Source: Eledone cirrhosa (taxonomy: Eukaryota). From it: a stretch of DNA of 64,000 bases. Both the position numbers and the translations under genes were made by a program. Positions 13,341 through 26,974 of this stretch are shown piece after piece. Location of the stretch: NCBI GenBank assembly GCA_964016885.1, contig OZ024741.1:136214001-136278000 (forward strand). The letters run 5' to 3'. Each line of letters starts with the position of its first letter. Position 1 is the first letter of the stretch. Below the pieces are notes generated by a model. The model saw only the letters and a list, made by a program, of their open reading frames with translations, was not told where the DNA came from and did not search any database.

Positions 13341-14649
13341 GCGTGTGTGTGTGCGTGTGCGTGTGTATGTGCAATGACATCGGGTATCTCTTCCGTTACT
13401 ACTTGAAATCTACTAGCCATTTTCATATATATCTGCGTCTGTAGTAGTAGATATACTCCGGTCATCTATTCTGGTAGCATTTACATAATATTATTTTCCT
13501 TCTGTCACTTGTTTATGTCGTTAACTCTTTCCATTTTATCAAATGATACTTGTTCAGCGATCGTTGTAACTGCTCTCTACCTTTCTCTCATTTTCATTGT
13601 CACTCATTCTTTTCATGTATGTGACTCTGTGCAATATGATGAACGCCTCATTCGTCCATTTACTCTCATTTTACTTCTATATCACTCATTCACTCTCTAT
13701 TTGTGCTTTCAGAGCAAACCAAGACACATTGGAAATTATTATGGGGATATTACTAAAACATTGGCAATACATAGCCCTTTTTTTATTTTGGGAGTTAGGA
13801 AACGATCAAATCGTGAACATAAATTTCCGTGATAAGTGTCAGCTGCCAAAATATATAACTTGATGAATATTTTAAATTTTAGACTGGTGTTCTTGTTTAT
13901 CTTCAGTTGAGAACTGAACGAGCTGGTCTATAATCACTGTTATCACAGCCGTGAGTAATCTGCGTTTGCCTTCAGGCATAGTTTACCAAACAATTATTTT
14001 ATCTAATAAGCCCGACCATTTCTAGGTTTATTAAATAGCAATTCAAACAATCTTTCATGAAGACACTGGAGAATAATATAACGAATATATATTTTTAATA
14101 TGGTTTTGTAAATAGTATATAAAAAGCTTAATTCATGCTCTAGATATTTCATTACATGCAGTTGTCTGGTGAAAGGACAATAAACTGATCAAACACATAC
14201 ACAATGCGACTGATATCATACTTCCTATTCAAACGGATATCATCGTCTCTGTCCTGAGAGTAACGTGACATAGAGGTCTTGTCAAAAGAAATACAGACAT
14301 AGAAATGCGCAGTGTTTTGCCGAGGGCTGCGTCTTCTCAATCCCAGCTGTGAGTAACCTGGTAGAATTGTGACTAAAAGCTTCCGGCACATTCGAACCTG
14401 CCCCCCAATGCCAGACACACGATCACCACAAGAAAAGGATTTATTTGCCATGTAAGAAATGTTAATTCCAGGAATGACTTATACCATAGCTTTTTCTGAA
14501 ACCAGGATTTTGTGTCTGCAAAGTTAAGAACAGTTTTGAAATAATAGTAACGATTCTAAATCATTTTTAATGATAAAAAGTGACCGTTACGTCCTTTACA
14601 AATGTTACATCTAGATGTATTTCAAACAATTGCACAATCAATGTTATAT

Positions 14650-14699
14650 AGATGTGATGTGATGTGATGTGAGGTGATGTGATGTGATGTGTGTATGTA

Positions 14700-14788
<89 letters not shown>

Positions 14789-14880
14789 ACAGCAAGGTGT
14801 ACAGGCGAAAGAAAAGAAATACGAATATATTAGTGTGAAATTGTCTTAAATTTGCTTATTTAATGCTACATGTTTCGAGT

Positions 14881-14956
<76 letters not shown>
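14650..14956. repeat. (GATGT)n, (TG)n and (CT)n microsatellites
   Basis: Direct inspection: about 14651-14690, 14705-14788 and 14883-14956. Confidence 0.95.
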
Positions 14957-14961
<5 letters not shown>

Positions 14962-16094
14962 TGTAAAGCCAAACGTACATCGATGTACACAGACGCTAAC
15001 ACACATAGACACACACACACATATATATATATACAAACATATACACAAATATATATACACATACATACACAAATATATATATACACATATATAATGTGTG
15101 TGTATATATACATTCACAATTGTTGAAGAAACAGATAGGGAAACAAACGTGATACGGGAAAAATGTCACGATGACAGGAGGTAAGATTTAATGTGTCAGT
15201 GAGGATAAAATATATCGAATATTTCCTCAGCCCCTTCAACATAGTGTTAGGCGTGAGACTACATAGTAGTTATAGTCTGCTGGGAATAACGCTCAGATCT
15301 TGTATGTGAAGAAGCCGCTTCCCATTAAGTTCAGAACATATTATAGAAGATATATAATGTTGACCTCCAGAAATCGACTGAGGTTTATAATCAAATATAA
15401 GGAAAACTATGGCTATACAAGCTCTGATACTGCAGAGCTAAGGATAAGAAGACATCAATGGGTTTCGATATATCTGTCAGTCGAAAAGGGAATAGATTCC
15501 TTAGAAAGGGATTATAGGTAATTAGATTAACAACTGACCGTCCAAAAATGTTCATTTGCTTGATGTCTTGCAACGAGGTTGAACAAATCAATAGGGCTGT
15601 TTATTTGGATCGTATCATGATGGAAACTCTCCAGATTTACCAACTTTACAATCGTTCTAACTAAGCATAATATTTTAAATTAATACCATAGCTAAAGGCA
15701 TTTTACTCTATCTATAAAAAGTAATTGTACGCCTCCAATCTATAAGCAGTTTATGTTTGAACTAATATAAGCACTAAGTGTTAGCTCTATGCTATGAACA
15801 GTTAGGTTTTTTTTCAATGCTATGAGCAATGAGCACCAAGTTGCCTAAGTATATTACTGCAAACATCTATAGACCAGGTGACGATAGATTTTAAGCTATG
15901 ACCAGCGGCGGTACTTACACGATGCTGAGGAGAGGAACCTCGCTGTGGTCAATGACCGGGGTCTCCAAAATCCTGAACCGTATTACGCCTGCCATCTATA
16001 GGCCTGGCAACTGTAGATGTATTTAAGCCAGCTACTGAATGTTTTTAACGACTTAAATCCGAGCAAAATATACCTAAAACTCACATTAATAATG

Positions 16095-16510
16095 ATTTCT
16101 TCTACAAGGCCAGCAATTTTGGGGGTGAGGGGAACTTCGATTAAATTAACCTCAGTGCGTTACGGGTACATTATTTTATCAACCACATAAAGATAAAAGA
16201 CAAAGTTAACCTCTGCGTGAATTGAACTCGGAACAGAAAGGGTCGTAACTCTACACCCCAAAGTATGCTGTCCAATGCTCTACCGATTCTGTAAATCCAC
16301 CGACCTTAATAATAATAATAATTGTTTCTACTTTTGGCACAAGGCCAGCAATTATCCCAGTGTATTACTGGTATTTTATTTTATCGACCCCGTAAGGATG
16401 AAAGGCAAAGTTAACCTCGGCGGGATTTGAACTCAGACTATAAAGGGACGTAACTCTTTGCTGCAAAGCATTGCTACCGACCCTCTACCGATACTACCAA
16501 TCCACCGCCC
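16095..16510 (-). mobile_element. Two tandem S1 SINEs (16095-16305 older; 16320-16510 young), joined and followed by (AAT)n
   Basis: Both match the S1 sequence; (AAT)n between them and at about 16514-16551. Confidence 0.88.
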
Positions 16511-16513
16511 TTG

Positions 16514-16551
<38 letters not shown>

Positions 16552-18445
16552 CTTCAGATTTCGCCTATCTTCACTTATATTGGTTTTCTGAAAAAGCAAA
16601 AAAAAAAAAGTTATTCCCAGTAGGTTCCATGTTAGATTATCAAGCCGCAAGACATGGATATCGGTAGGATTGTGGCGGATTTGAAATAGTATTGATCCAA
16701 CACGTGATGGTCCTCTAAATACATTTAAACTGTTATCAGTGTAAAAATGTGGCATTTTTAGAAAGCATGCTCCTAGCACAATAGGGGTTGTATTGTATTT
16801 TTATGTTTTTACTTAAATATATTTTAAAAACCTTACTTAAATAAAAACTCTCTTAAACCCAACTAAGAAAAAAAAAAGATATCGGATATTCGATGAAGAG
16901 ATGCTATCATAATATGAAATGATAAGAATAATATAGAGATATTAGTGGTAAATCGATAGAGATGCTGTGGTTAATGAATAGGTCGATTTATGAAAAGAAG
17001 ATATATAGCAAGTCATATTCTGTCACGTGATGAATAGCCAAAAATGGAATAAAATATATTGAGAATGTATTATGGCTGGTAAAGTTTGATAAAGACTGGG
17101 AATTGGCAGAGTCATTGATGGTATTGGCTTCGATTGTTTACGTTCTGAGTTCAAACCCTATAATGTTCGACTTGTTTTTCAACCTTTTCCGGTTCTTAAA
17201 AAAGTACCAGTTCAGGGATCGATTCGTCCTTTATACGAGAGGGGCATACATATATATATATTGTATTTGATAATGATGTGGCAGAAATCCTATTTGCTAG
17301 CATAGAACACATCTCATTAAATTTACGCATTCCCCAAAACAAATGCATCTTTAACTTAGTTCTCAAGGATATTCAGCGTGACACAGTATGACAAGATTGA
17401 CCTAAGGAATTACAGGTACAGTCTGAAGGACATCTATATTGTTTCTCTCTATCCTAATAGTCCTAAAACTTGGGTCAACCGATGTCTATGGTAAATATCT
17501 CTTGCTCTATACAGAAAGCAGTGGGGCGAACCCAGGTACTTGACTGCAGTGCAACATTCTTAGCCATTTGGCTATGTTACGTCCACATACCAGATAAAAA
17601 TAATTAACGGTAAATAGGGAAGAAAAAATATCAGGCGAACATTTACACAGCGAAAATTGTTCGACGATGAAAAATACAACGCTGTTAGACTGGAAATAAT
17701 TGAGCAAACCTGAAAACAACAATAACCCCAAAAAAAAATAATAATAATAATAAAACAAACAAAAATATAGAAACATGTTTTGGTAACTTATTATATATGG
17801 AATCATATACAAATAAGTAGATATTGACATTCAACAAATTCTTTATATTAGAAATGCCAGGCTTCTTCATCAGTGGTGCAGTATGATTATAATAACATTT
17901 TTTGTATGCCATCGTTGTTTGCCATTTTCAGTTTCAGTATATGTGATTTAATACCGATTTTACTTAGATAGCAATAAGCTCGCTGGGATACCAGAATGTA
18001 GATGCAGATGCACACACACGAACACACAGACATTTGATAACATTATTATTATTATTAACACTCATTGTACACAATAAGCACTTAATAAAATATAACAGCT
18101 CACACAACATATACGAGATTATTATCCAATGAAATAACACAACTCACGTTACACATGCCATACACAACAGAATACTACGATAAAATAACAAACTAAACCC
18201 AATAAGAAAGCAAAACCGATGCAACGAATAGTTTCGATTCTTTCAAAAAATGACACGTTGAATCCACATAACTGTATCTTATATTAAACGAAAACATTTC
18301 TTCCCCTTTTTAAAGTATATATATATATATATTGCTAGCACCATCCCATTCAAAGATGTCGGATTGATCAGTTGCGGAAAAAATAATTCTCCAAGCACAC
18401 GCGCGTATTCGACAAATAAAAATAAATGTGAATTTACCCTAATCT

Positions 18446-18501
<56 letters not shown>

Positions 18502-18512
18502 ACATACATATA

Positions 18513-18547
<35 letters not shown>

Positions 18548-18605
18548 GTATATATATACATATATATATATATATACATAACATACATAATATATATATA
18601 TATAT

Positions 18606-18658
<53 letters not shown>

Positions 18659-18839
18659 AAATATGTATATAAAATATGTATATAAATATGTATATAAAAT
18701 ATGTATATAAAATATGTATATAAAATATGTATATAATATATGTATATAAAATATGTATATAAAATATGTATATTAAATATGTATATAAAATATGTATATA
18801 AAATATGTATATAAAATATGTATATAAAATATGTATATA

Positions 18840-19349
18840 AAATAAAATAAAATAAGATAAATAAATACATACACAAGCACAATAACAACAAGCACATAAA
18901 CACACACTAGTCACCCAGCAGACACAACACTATACACACTAGTCACACAGCACACACAACACTGTACACACACGCAAACGCATGCGCAAAGAAGACAAAA
19001 TAAAATAAAATAAACAAACAAGCAAATAAATAAATAAATATATAGACAGACTGAATAAAAAAATCGCGTAGACATACAACACAACAGGAGGAAAAAATAT
19101 AACACCACTGACGATGTTGCAGATGTGCAACGAAAGATTTATGTAAATTATGTAAACTATATATATGTGTTTGTGTCTATATTGTATCTGTATTATTTTT
19201 GACCGTCGGTCAGTCAATGGCAACATTGAGGACCGATTAAATTAGATCGCAGATATAAAAGACAGCGAGAAGCGAAAACCAACCAAACAGTGAGTGTGTT
19301 CTGTTATTAATTCTGGCAATATTACACAAATATGACCCTCCCCAAGTAT

Positions 19350-19355
<6 letters not shown>
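18840..19355 (+). mobile_element. Solo pseudo-LTR/3'UTR of a PLE related to 21834-23080
   Basis: CA-rich UTR with cgcatgcgcaaa, hammerhead-like core at 19108-19141, and the same terminus atgaccctccc.aagtataacaa-(TA)n as 23058-23080. Confidence 0.75.
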
Positions 19356-19432
<77 letters not shown>

Positions 19433-19437
<5 letters not shown>

Positions 19438-20117
19438 TAAAATAACAGATTAAAGTTTAAGCAAAGAATCGGTGCTTTCACCCTTAACGGGATCTTCTGA
19501 AACTAACAAAGTCAATCTGTAAACGCAGAAGTGAATATTTCAAAAAACGTTGCAACCGTAGGAAGACAGGAAGACGATACCTCGGTTCATTGAAACGTTC
19601 CCTGGCAAAGAACGGGAAAAAACGAATATATATTATTTGGAGCTGTGAAAAACAATTACACGCAAAGACAAAACCACGTGTATGGTATAAAAGAAGTCGT
19701 AGACTAATATTCTATTATGCGGTTCATAGAGACGTTCTCTGGCAATGAACGGAAAAAACGAAGATAGTACATATGTGGAGCGGGGAGAACAATTGCACGC
19801 AAAGACAAAACCACGTAAATGGTATAACCGAAGTCGTAGACTAAAATTCTAACTTGGAAACCGAATGATTCTCGGCTTCAGAGTTAAGAATAAAGTAAAT
19901 AAAATACAGAAGTAATTGAAATTAAATAAATTCATACACGCATCCATATACGTACATACACAAGCATACGCGAAAACACTCGCCATAGGTATACAAATAC
20001 ACGCACGTACACGAAAAAAGCCAATAAAAAACCCGCACGCACATACAGAACCCACGCAACGCCTGTTCCCGCACGCATACGAATGTATACACCAAATACA
20101 CAAAAATATATATTAAA

Positions 20118-20148
<31 letters not shown>

Positions 20149-20433
20149 CGTGTATACATACAATTAAATAAACGTATATAAATAAATAAATACGTATATA
20201 ACAAACGCACACACATACCTACATGTAAATACACATATGGGGCAGTCAACCCGATTCCTACAATTACAGTTAGTACTAACTACAGGGTTGCACGTGTTCC
20301 TACGGCTAGGTAGTTTAGCTAAATTTGAAGCTGTGATGTTATGTGCAAGGTTAGGAGTCGTAGAGTAAGAAATATTAATAGTATTTCTATTAAAAATGTT
20401 ACTATATTTATGTGTAGGGGGAAAATGCATCAT
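19433..20433 (-). mobile_element. PLE-1 inverted copy: RT-EN linker joined to the 3'UTR and family C end
   Basis: 20433-20238 encodes HFPPTHKYSNIFNRNTINISYSTTPN...CNCRNRVDCP (typical PLE linker). 20237-19580 is the reverse complement of about 21173-21833. Ends in (TA)n at 19432. Confidence 0.85.
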
Positions 20434-20446
20434 AATAAGGGAGAGA

Positions 20447-20873
20447 AATGTAGGAATCGGGTTGACTGCCCCCTATCCGGGAAATGCCTCTCTAGTAACA
20501 TTGTCTACGAATGTAAGGTTGAAACACCCATGTCCCGTAGGGCCTACATAGGGTTAACCGGCAATAGATTCAAGCAGCGTCTTTACATGCATACCCATTC
20601 TTTTCGTATCCCTGTAAGAAGTAATATGACGTCACCTTCAGCTTATATCTGGAGTCTAAATGACAACCACACCCAATATAAGTTACACTGGGTGATCCTA
20701 GCTTGGGCTAGATCGTATAACGGAAATAAAAGACCTGTGACCTCTGCGCCGCTGAGGCCCTGGAAATACGCTACCACATCTTAAACAAAAAATCTGAGGC
20801 AATTTCGGCTTGTAAACATAAATTGCACAAAACTTTCCTGTATTACAGCCCCACATTATACCCTAACGGATAG
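20447..20873 (+). pseudogene. PLE-1 GIY-YIG endonuclease domain, 5'-truncated and frameshifted
   Basis: CPLSGKCLSSNIVYECKV...AYIGLTGNRFKQRLYMHTHSF...YIWSL; after a frameshift near 20735, CDLCAAEALEI...LNKKSEAISACKHK to the stop at 20871-20873. Confidence 0.88.
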
Positions 20874-21833
20874 TACGAACTATACGCGGATATTTTACGT
20901 CTTGATGTGGTAGCTAAGTATATGTTATGTTTATACCATTACTTATTTGTATAGGTAAGTATATATTACCTGTATCTTTTGTGAAGGTACGTATACTTTC
21001 TCGTACGTATATTTGATTGTATATGTTATGGCGTATATATTATATATTCTGGTACATATGCTTTTGGTTATGTGTATACGTGAGTTTTGTGTCTGTGAGT
21101 ATACGGGTTCGTACGTATGTAGGGTGTGTGTATATGTGTACTTTGTGATTTGGCTGACGTACGACTCCGAACATATGTGTATTTAATGTAGGTATGTGTG
21201 TGCATTTGTTATATACGTATTTATTTATATACGTTTATTTAATTGTATGTATACACGCACGCACACATATATATATATATTTTTTTAATATATATTTTTA
21301 TGTGTATTTGGTGTATACATTCGTATGCGTTCGCGTACAGGTGTTGCGTGGGTTCTGTATGTTAGTGCAGGTTTGGGGGGGGGGGGGTCGTGTACGTGCG
21401 TGTATTTGTATACCTATGGCGAGTGTTTTCGCGTATGCTTGTGTATGTACGTATATGGATGCGCGTATGTATTTATTTAGTTTCAATTACTTCTGTATTT
21501 TATTTACTTTATTCTTAACTCTGAAGCCGAGTATCATTCGGTTTCCAAGTTAGAATTTTAGTCTACGACTTCGGTTATACCATTTACGTGGTTTTGTCTT
21601 TGCGTGCAATTGTTCTCCCCGCTCTACATACGACGTACTATCTTCGTTTTTTTCGTTCATTGCCAGAGAACGTTTCTATGAACCAGCTAATAGAATATTA
21701 GTCTACGACTTCTTTTATACCATACACGTGGTTTTGTCTTAGCGTGTAATTGTTTTTCACCGCTCCAAATAATGACGTATTATATTCGTTTTTTCCCGTT
21801 CTTTGCTAGGGAACGTTTCCACGAACCAAAGTA
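20874..21833 (+). mobile_element. PLE-1 3'UTR with an internal 140-bp tandem duplication
   Basis: Units start at about 21551 and 21691 (tagaat.ttagtctacgacttc); mirrored at about 19580-19852. Confidence 0.8.
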
Positions 21834-22660
21834 TGATTGCGGATTTGGTACGGGTGATGAGAATTGTGTCCCGCATGTGCAACCCCGAAGAACTAGAGAG
21901 ACACATACAACACTTCATCCACCGTATGCAGTTCTCTGGCTACAATCAGAGAGATAGAATCAGAGTGTATAGAGGAGCCAGAACCAAATGGGAAAAAATG
22001 GTAAATAATGACATAAATGGGACCTGCTCCTTGTATAGGAGCAAATTTTGGAATAGAATAGAAAGAACTAGGAACAAGGCCAATAGAATAAACTCATGGT
22101 ATGATAGCAATAAATACCAGAGCGTAATGTTCATCAATACAACCCCTAGAGGCGAACTAGCCTACACATTTAGAAGGGCCCTAAATAAACATAAACTCAA
22201 TATTAAGATAGTAGAAAGACCAGGTACCTCCGTAAAAACACTTATTAGCAAGACATACCCGTTCCAAAGATCCTCATGCATAGATAAGAAATGTATAACC
22301 TGTAAAATAAGCCCCCATATTAACTGTAAAACTAGAAATGTAGTGTATAGCATAAGATGTACTGAAGGACAATGTAGAAACAAAAATATAGTGTACATAG
22401 GTGAGACAGCTCGTAGTACAGGGGAACGGATAAATGAACACTGGCAAGACCTTCAAGATAATAAAGAATCATCTGTACTCTACCAACATGCTAAGATAGA
22501 ACACAAGGGTAAATTAGAGAACATAGAAATAAAAATAGAATCCACACACAGAAAAGATGCAATGTTTAGGCAAATTACAGAGGCAGTAAGCATAAAAGAA
22601 TTACAACCAAAATTAAATAGAAAATATGAGTGGAACAGCAACATCACAACTTACAATTAA
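21834..22660 (+). pseudogene. PLE-2 ORF, 5'-truncated: RT C-terminal region, Cys-rich linker and GIY-YIG endonuclease (uninterrupted frame)
   Basis: From ORF 21803-22660: MQFSGY, VMFINTTPRGELA, IKIVERPG, CxxxxCxxC..C, NVVYSIRC...YIGETARSTGERINEH, HAKIEH, RQITEAVSI..LNRKYEW. The first about 30 nt of the ORF are PLE-1 UTR. Confidence 0.92.
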
Positions 22661-23075
22661 GGACAAAATGAAAACACACACACACATAGAACAAACAACC
22701 AACCAACAACATGTAAATAAATAAACAAATAGATAAATGAACACAAACACACACAGACACCCGGATGTGGCGCATGCGCAAACGGAGCACACAACACACA
22801 CACAGAAACAAAATGGCGTAGGACAGAAGAAAGGAAAGGCACAGAAACAAAGAAAGGAATCCCCAGTCACTGATGAGGTCACAGAGTGTGTGACGAAAGG
22901 ACTATGACTATATATAAACAACTATCTGGTTGTGGAACCAACCAACCAACCAGAAACTTATAAGTTTGTAGATTTGTAGATTTATAAATTTATAAATTTA
23001 TAAATATATAATAAATTGAAGTGAAAGCCACTGGTGCGTGTGTTTCTTATTGGCAACATGACCCTCCCAAAGTAT

Positions 23076-23080
<5 letters not shown>
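22661..23080 (+). mobile_element. PLE-2 3'UTR/pseudo-LTR ending in (TA)n
   Basis: Follows the ORF stop, contains a hammerhead and aataaa, and abuts (TA)n at 23081. Confidence 0.85.
22865..22909 (+). ncRNA. Minimal type I hammerhead motif in PLE-2
   Basis: agtca CTGATGA g gtcaca-gagtg-tgtgac GAAA ggac TA tgact. Confidence 0.78.
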
Positions 23081-23138
<58 letters not shown>

Positions 23139-23288
23139 GGATGTGGCATGAATTTGCACGAATCACTTCCTTACAAATAAATTGACTGGAGCAATGGTTA
23201 ATTATCTTCCTCGAGAAGACAACCAAATTAGCTCACGACCTTGCGATCGTGAGCAGCAAACTCGAATAACTAAACCACGCGTCTTCGC

Positions 23289-23338
23289 TTACTCTTTTAC
23301 CTGTTTCAGCCATCCGGCTGAGGCCATGCTGGGGCACC
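23289..23338 (-). repeat. Short SINE/LINE-tail-like repeat (second copy at 29736-29784, plus strand)
   Basis: Reverse complement matches ggtgccccagcatggcctcagccggatggctg.aacaggtaaaagagta. Confidence 0.75.
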
Positions 23339-23344
23339 GCCCTT

Positions 23345-23890
23345 GATGTTTTGCATTTACTGTCTTCAGAATCTTGTCACAAACGCTGTTTGCACGATTA
23401 ACCGTTTTGTTACCATCTTTCAAATGTCGCTGCGGATCCACCAAGTCTCTTTCACCCTCCATCCACTTTCCTCTCGCTATAGTGCCAGTCACCTTCCACG
23501 CAATGCTGCTGTCAACGAGGTCGTGAAGCATGGCTTGGATGTTGCAGTCTTCTCCTCACAGCTCGAGCCGGTGAGGCTGGTTCGAGGGGACGGCAAAAGT
23601 CCAGACGGCATGACCATCTTCCCGGTCCGCGTTGTTAAACCACTCGTCTGAGATGCCACAGGTAGCGACACATTCTCCAGCAGCAACCTGGTGCAGTCTA
23701 CGACTAACCCAGGTTCTGCAATGGAGACTTCTGGTGTCCTTGGCCCAAGGCCCACCTCCTCACTCACCACCATCGACGCAGAGCTGGCTAGCCGCAGGTG
23801 TGAGCCTCTCGAGCTTGAATGGCTCTTCCACCGCATCTCCCTCACCATTCTCCGGGGAAACGCCTTCACTATTCTCTTGACCTGGGCCGC
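23345..23890 (+). pseudogene. CRE-clade non-LTR retrotransposon C-terminus (restriction-like endonuclease), degenerate
   Basis: LHPLS..HLPRNAAVNEVVK..LEPVRLVRGDGKSPDGMTIFP..ETSGVLG..WLFHRISLTILRGNA matches the RH..N / EP / RPDG / QRISxxIQRGNA signature; frameshifts and a deletion. Confidence 0.85.
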
Positions 23891-24960
23891 GGTGTGGAGA
23901 GTGAGTCAGGCCCCATTTGCTCATAGTAGTGAGAGATGGGGAGGACGGGAGAGACGTAGGCAATGACAGTGGGAGTTTGGTTCCTCTGTGTTCGGACCTG
24001 GTGTACATGTGTATGTAATTTTAGACCACCTAGAATTGTTTATTTATTGAAACTTCCACATTTGTAATGTTATTCAGAAGAATTGTAACCAATTTGTAAT
24101 GTTATTTACGTATATATATATATTATTTAATTTATTGCCTATGTCTTTTAGATCATTTTGAGAATAATCAAGGGTTTAGAGGGATTTTGTAACGATTTTT
24201 CATTATCAAGCTAATGTTTGGAACTTAGAAAGGGTTTTATGTAAATATAAACAATATGAAATTATAGTTTTGCATCATAGAGCTCTAGAAGATTTAATAT
24301 GAAAAGGGTTAATATCGTAGAGACATTGATGCCTCACAATTGGCTAGATCGTTAAGATATTGATATATCAGTCGGTCGATACCATGTGTGGTGATCATAT
24401 TTAGTTTTCATTTTTACACAGTGTGGTGGTGGAAGGATTGTTGGGACCGGGATGTGAATATTCAATTCTTGGCTCACGCCCGTCATAGTTGATTATGGTA
24501 GAGCGAGGGAGAGAGAAGGAGTGCGTCAGTCTGTGAGTGTGTGACAAAGAGAGGGGGGAAAATACCGATTGAAAGAAAGGGACATACATACACAGAGAAA
24601 GTGCAAAGAATGACAGACAGGAAGCCTGAAAGAGAGGGGAATCCTAGTGCTTGACTGGTACTGTTCATTAATCGACAACCTGAAAGGATGGAAAGCATAA
24701 TTGGCCTCGGCAGAATTTGAAGCCAACCCGCAGATATTCGAAACCCTGTGCTACGAACCTTCACTCTAGAAATTATTCATCCAAGAACGTCAATCACTAA
24801 AGCTTGAGGTGCAATACAAAAAGTAAAATTACAACACACACACACGCACGCACGCAGGCACACACATATTTAACGGTTTCTCTCATATTTAGCTTCTATG
24901 CAACTGACTGTATAGATTAAGTTAATACACACACCTAATATATATATATATATATATATA

Positions 24961-25089
24961 ACATAGGAAATGTGGTAAGGAACCAGGTGGACCATAACGC
25001 ACCAAAGTACTCAATACTTAGGGTAGTAGAGTGAGTCCAGAATTAGCCGTCGAAACGGCTTGAGCTCAGCCGTCGGGGTCCTACTCGTT

Positions 25090-25092
<3 letters not shown>
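24961..25092. mobile_element. Family B mini-element (tail plus inverted arm)
   Basis: Shares the tail and right arm of 4739-4931; TA-flanked. Confidence 0.85.
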
Positions 25093-25131
<39 letters not shown>

Positions 25132-25281
25132 AATCTGCATCTATGTGTGTGCACGTGTGTATGTGTATGTGCGTGTGTATACGTGTGTATGTATGTGTAC
25201 ACACACACATGCGTATATGTGTGTGTTTGTGTACATATTTATGCGTCTTTCTGTAGACATGGACGCATGTGTACACACATG

Positions 25282-25313
<32 letters not shown>

Positions 25314-25643
25314 TCCACCAACAACACACTTGACACACGCAGACGCACACGCAGCATATGATGCACCCAACCAATACACAACTATCAACTACACGTCAGC
25401 ACCCTCTACCCCCGGGGACACCCCCCTTTCTCCCCACACTCCTTTTTATTTTCATTTTTTATTTTCTTTACGTTTTTCCTTTTATATTCTATCCTTATTC
25501 CTTTTATTCTACACTCCGAAATCTGTTATTCCTCATGAAAGGCAAATGCCCAATACATTGACTGTTTAACTCTCTTTCCTTTAAGTGTGAAACTAATAGG
25601 ACTTTATGTTAACACATCTTGTTTGTTTGTTTCTTCTATCTTG

Positions 25644-25685
<42 letters not shown>

Positions 25686-26426
25686 ATGCAGTATAGACAT
25701 CAAGAAGTGTAATCCTTCACATATGCATGTTAATAATAACAACCTACATGTATATGTGTGTCTTTTTTTGGGGTCTTTTCTTTTTTCTTTGCTATGTAGC
25801 TGTTTGCTTCGTTGCCTCAGGCGCAACTAGCTAGACAAATTCACTTAACTGTTTTCTTGCCAGATAGAAGGAGGGAATGTGCTGTCATTGCTTCCATAGC
25901 AACCAGCTTGAATGACTCCAGCTAGTGATTGGACAGTGATGGCACTTCTGGCTTAAGAATAATCACAGCCAGACACCGCTAGCTTCATTGTTATCATCAA
26001 TATCGTCGAAATTATTAATTCGCACGCTTTACACTGATGCTGGTTATTGCTGTGAAAACTGAACTGATTTCAACATCTGTTCTAGTGGTTGGCGATGACT
26101 GTCGGTGGCTGACGGTTAAGGCGGTGGATGATGGTGGTCGATGGTTGCGGCTGGTGGTGGAGTGTGTTGAATGGCAGTGGTTATGCGGTAGATGTTGGTG
26201 GTTATGGCTGCTGCTAATACATTCATCCATCCTTCACCACTCACATTTATACTAGAGACAGTGAGTGTAAGTATATGTGCGTGTGAGTGAGTGTGAGTGA
26301 GAAAATGTTGTTCATAGAAACGGAAAGACAGAAAGAAAGTGATAGAGAGAAAAAGACAGATAAAGAAAGAGAAAGAGCGAGTAATATGTATGTTAGGGTG
26401 ATGGAGAGAAAAAGACCAAGGGAAAG

Positions 26427-26468
<42 letters not shown>

Positions 26469-26493
26469 ATAAAATCACTTTTCATATATATAT

Positions 26494-26681
26494 AATTGTT
26501 TCTACGTTTGGCACAAGGCCAGCAAATATTCAGTGCATTACTGGTACTTTATTTTATCGACCCCGTAAGGATGAAAGGCAAAGTTAACCTCGGCGGGATT
26601 TGAACTCAGAATGGCAAGGGCCGTAAATCTATACGTCAAAGCATGGCGTCCGACCCTCTACCGATACTGCCAATCCACCGC
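26494..26681 (-). mobile_element. SINE S1 (short young form)
   Basis: Matches the other S1 copies. Confidence 0.9.

Positions 26682-26974
<293 letters not shown>

Noticed and set aside
14152-14520. Possible piggyBac-like transposase remnant on the minus strand
   Set aside because: Only a vague resemblance (ISFDK..VFDQFI), the motif order is inconsistent, and no TIR or TTAA ends were found.
21803-21833. Start of the 285-aa ORF as a real initiation site
   Set aside because: It is a TTG start inside PLE-1 UTR sequence upstream of the chimeric junction; the ORF is a 5'-truncated remnant.
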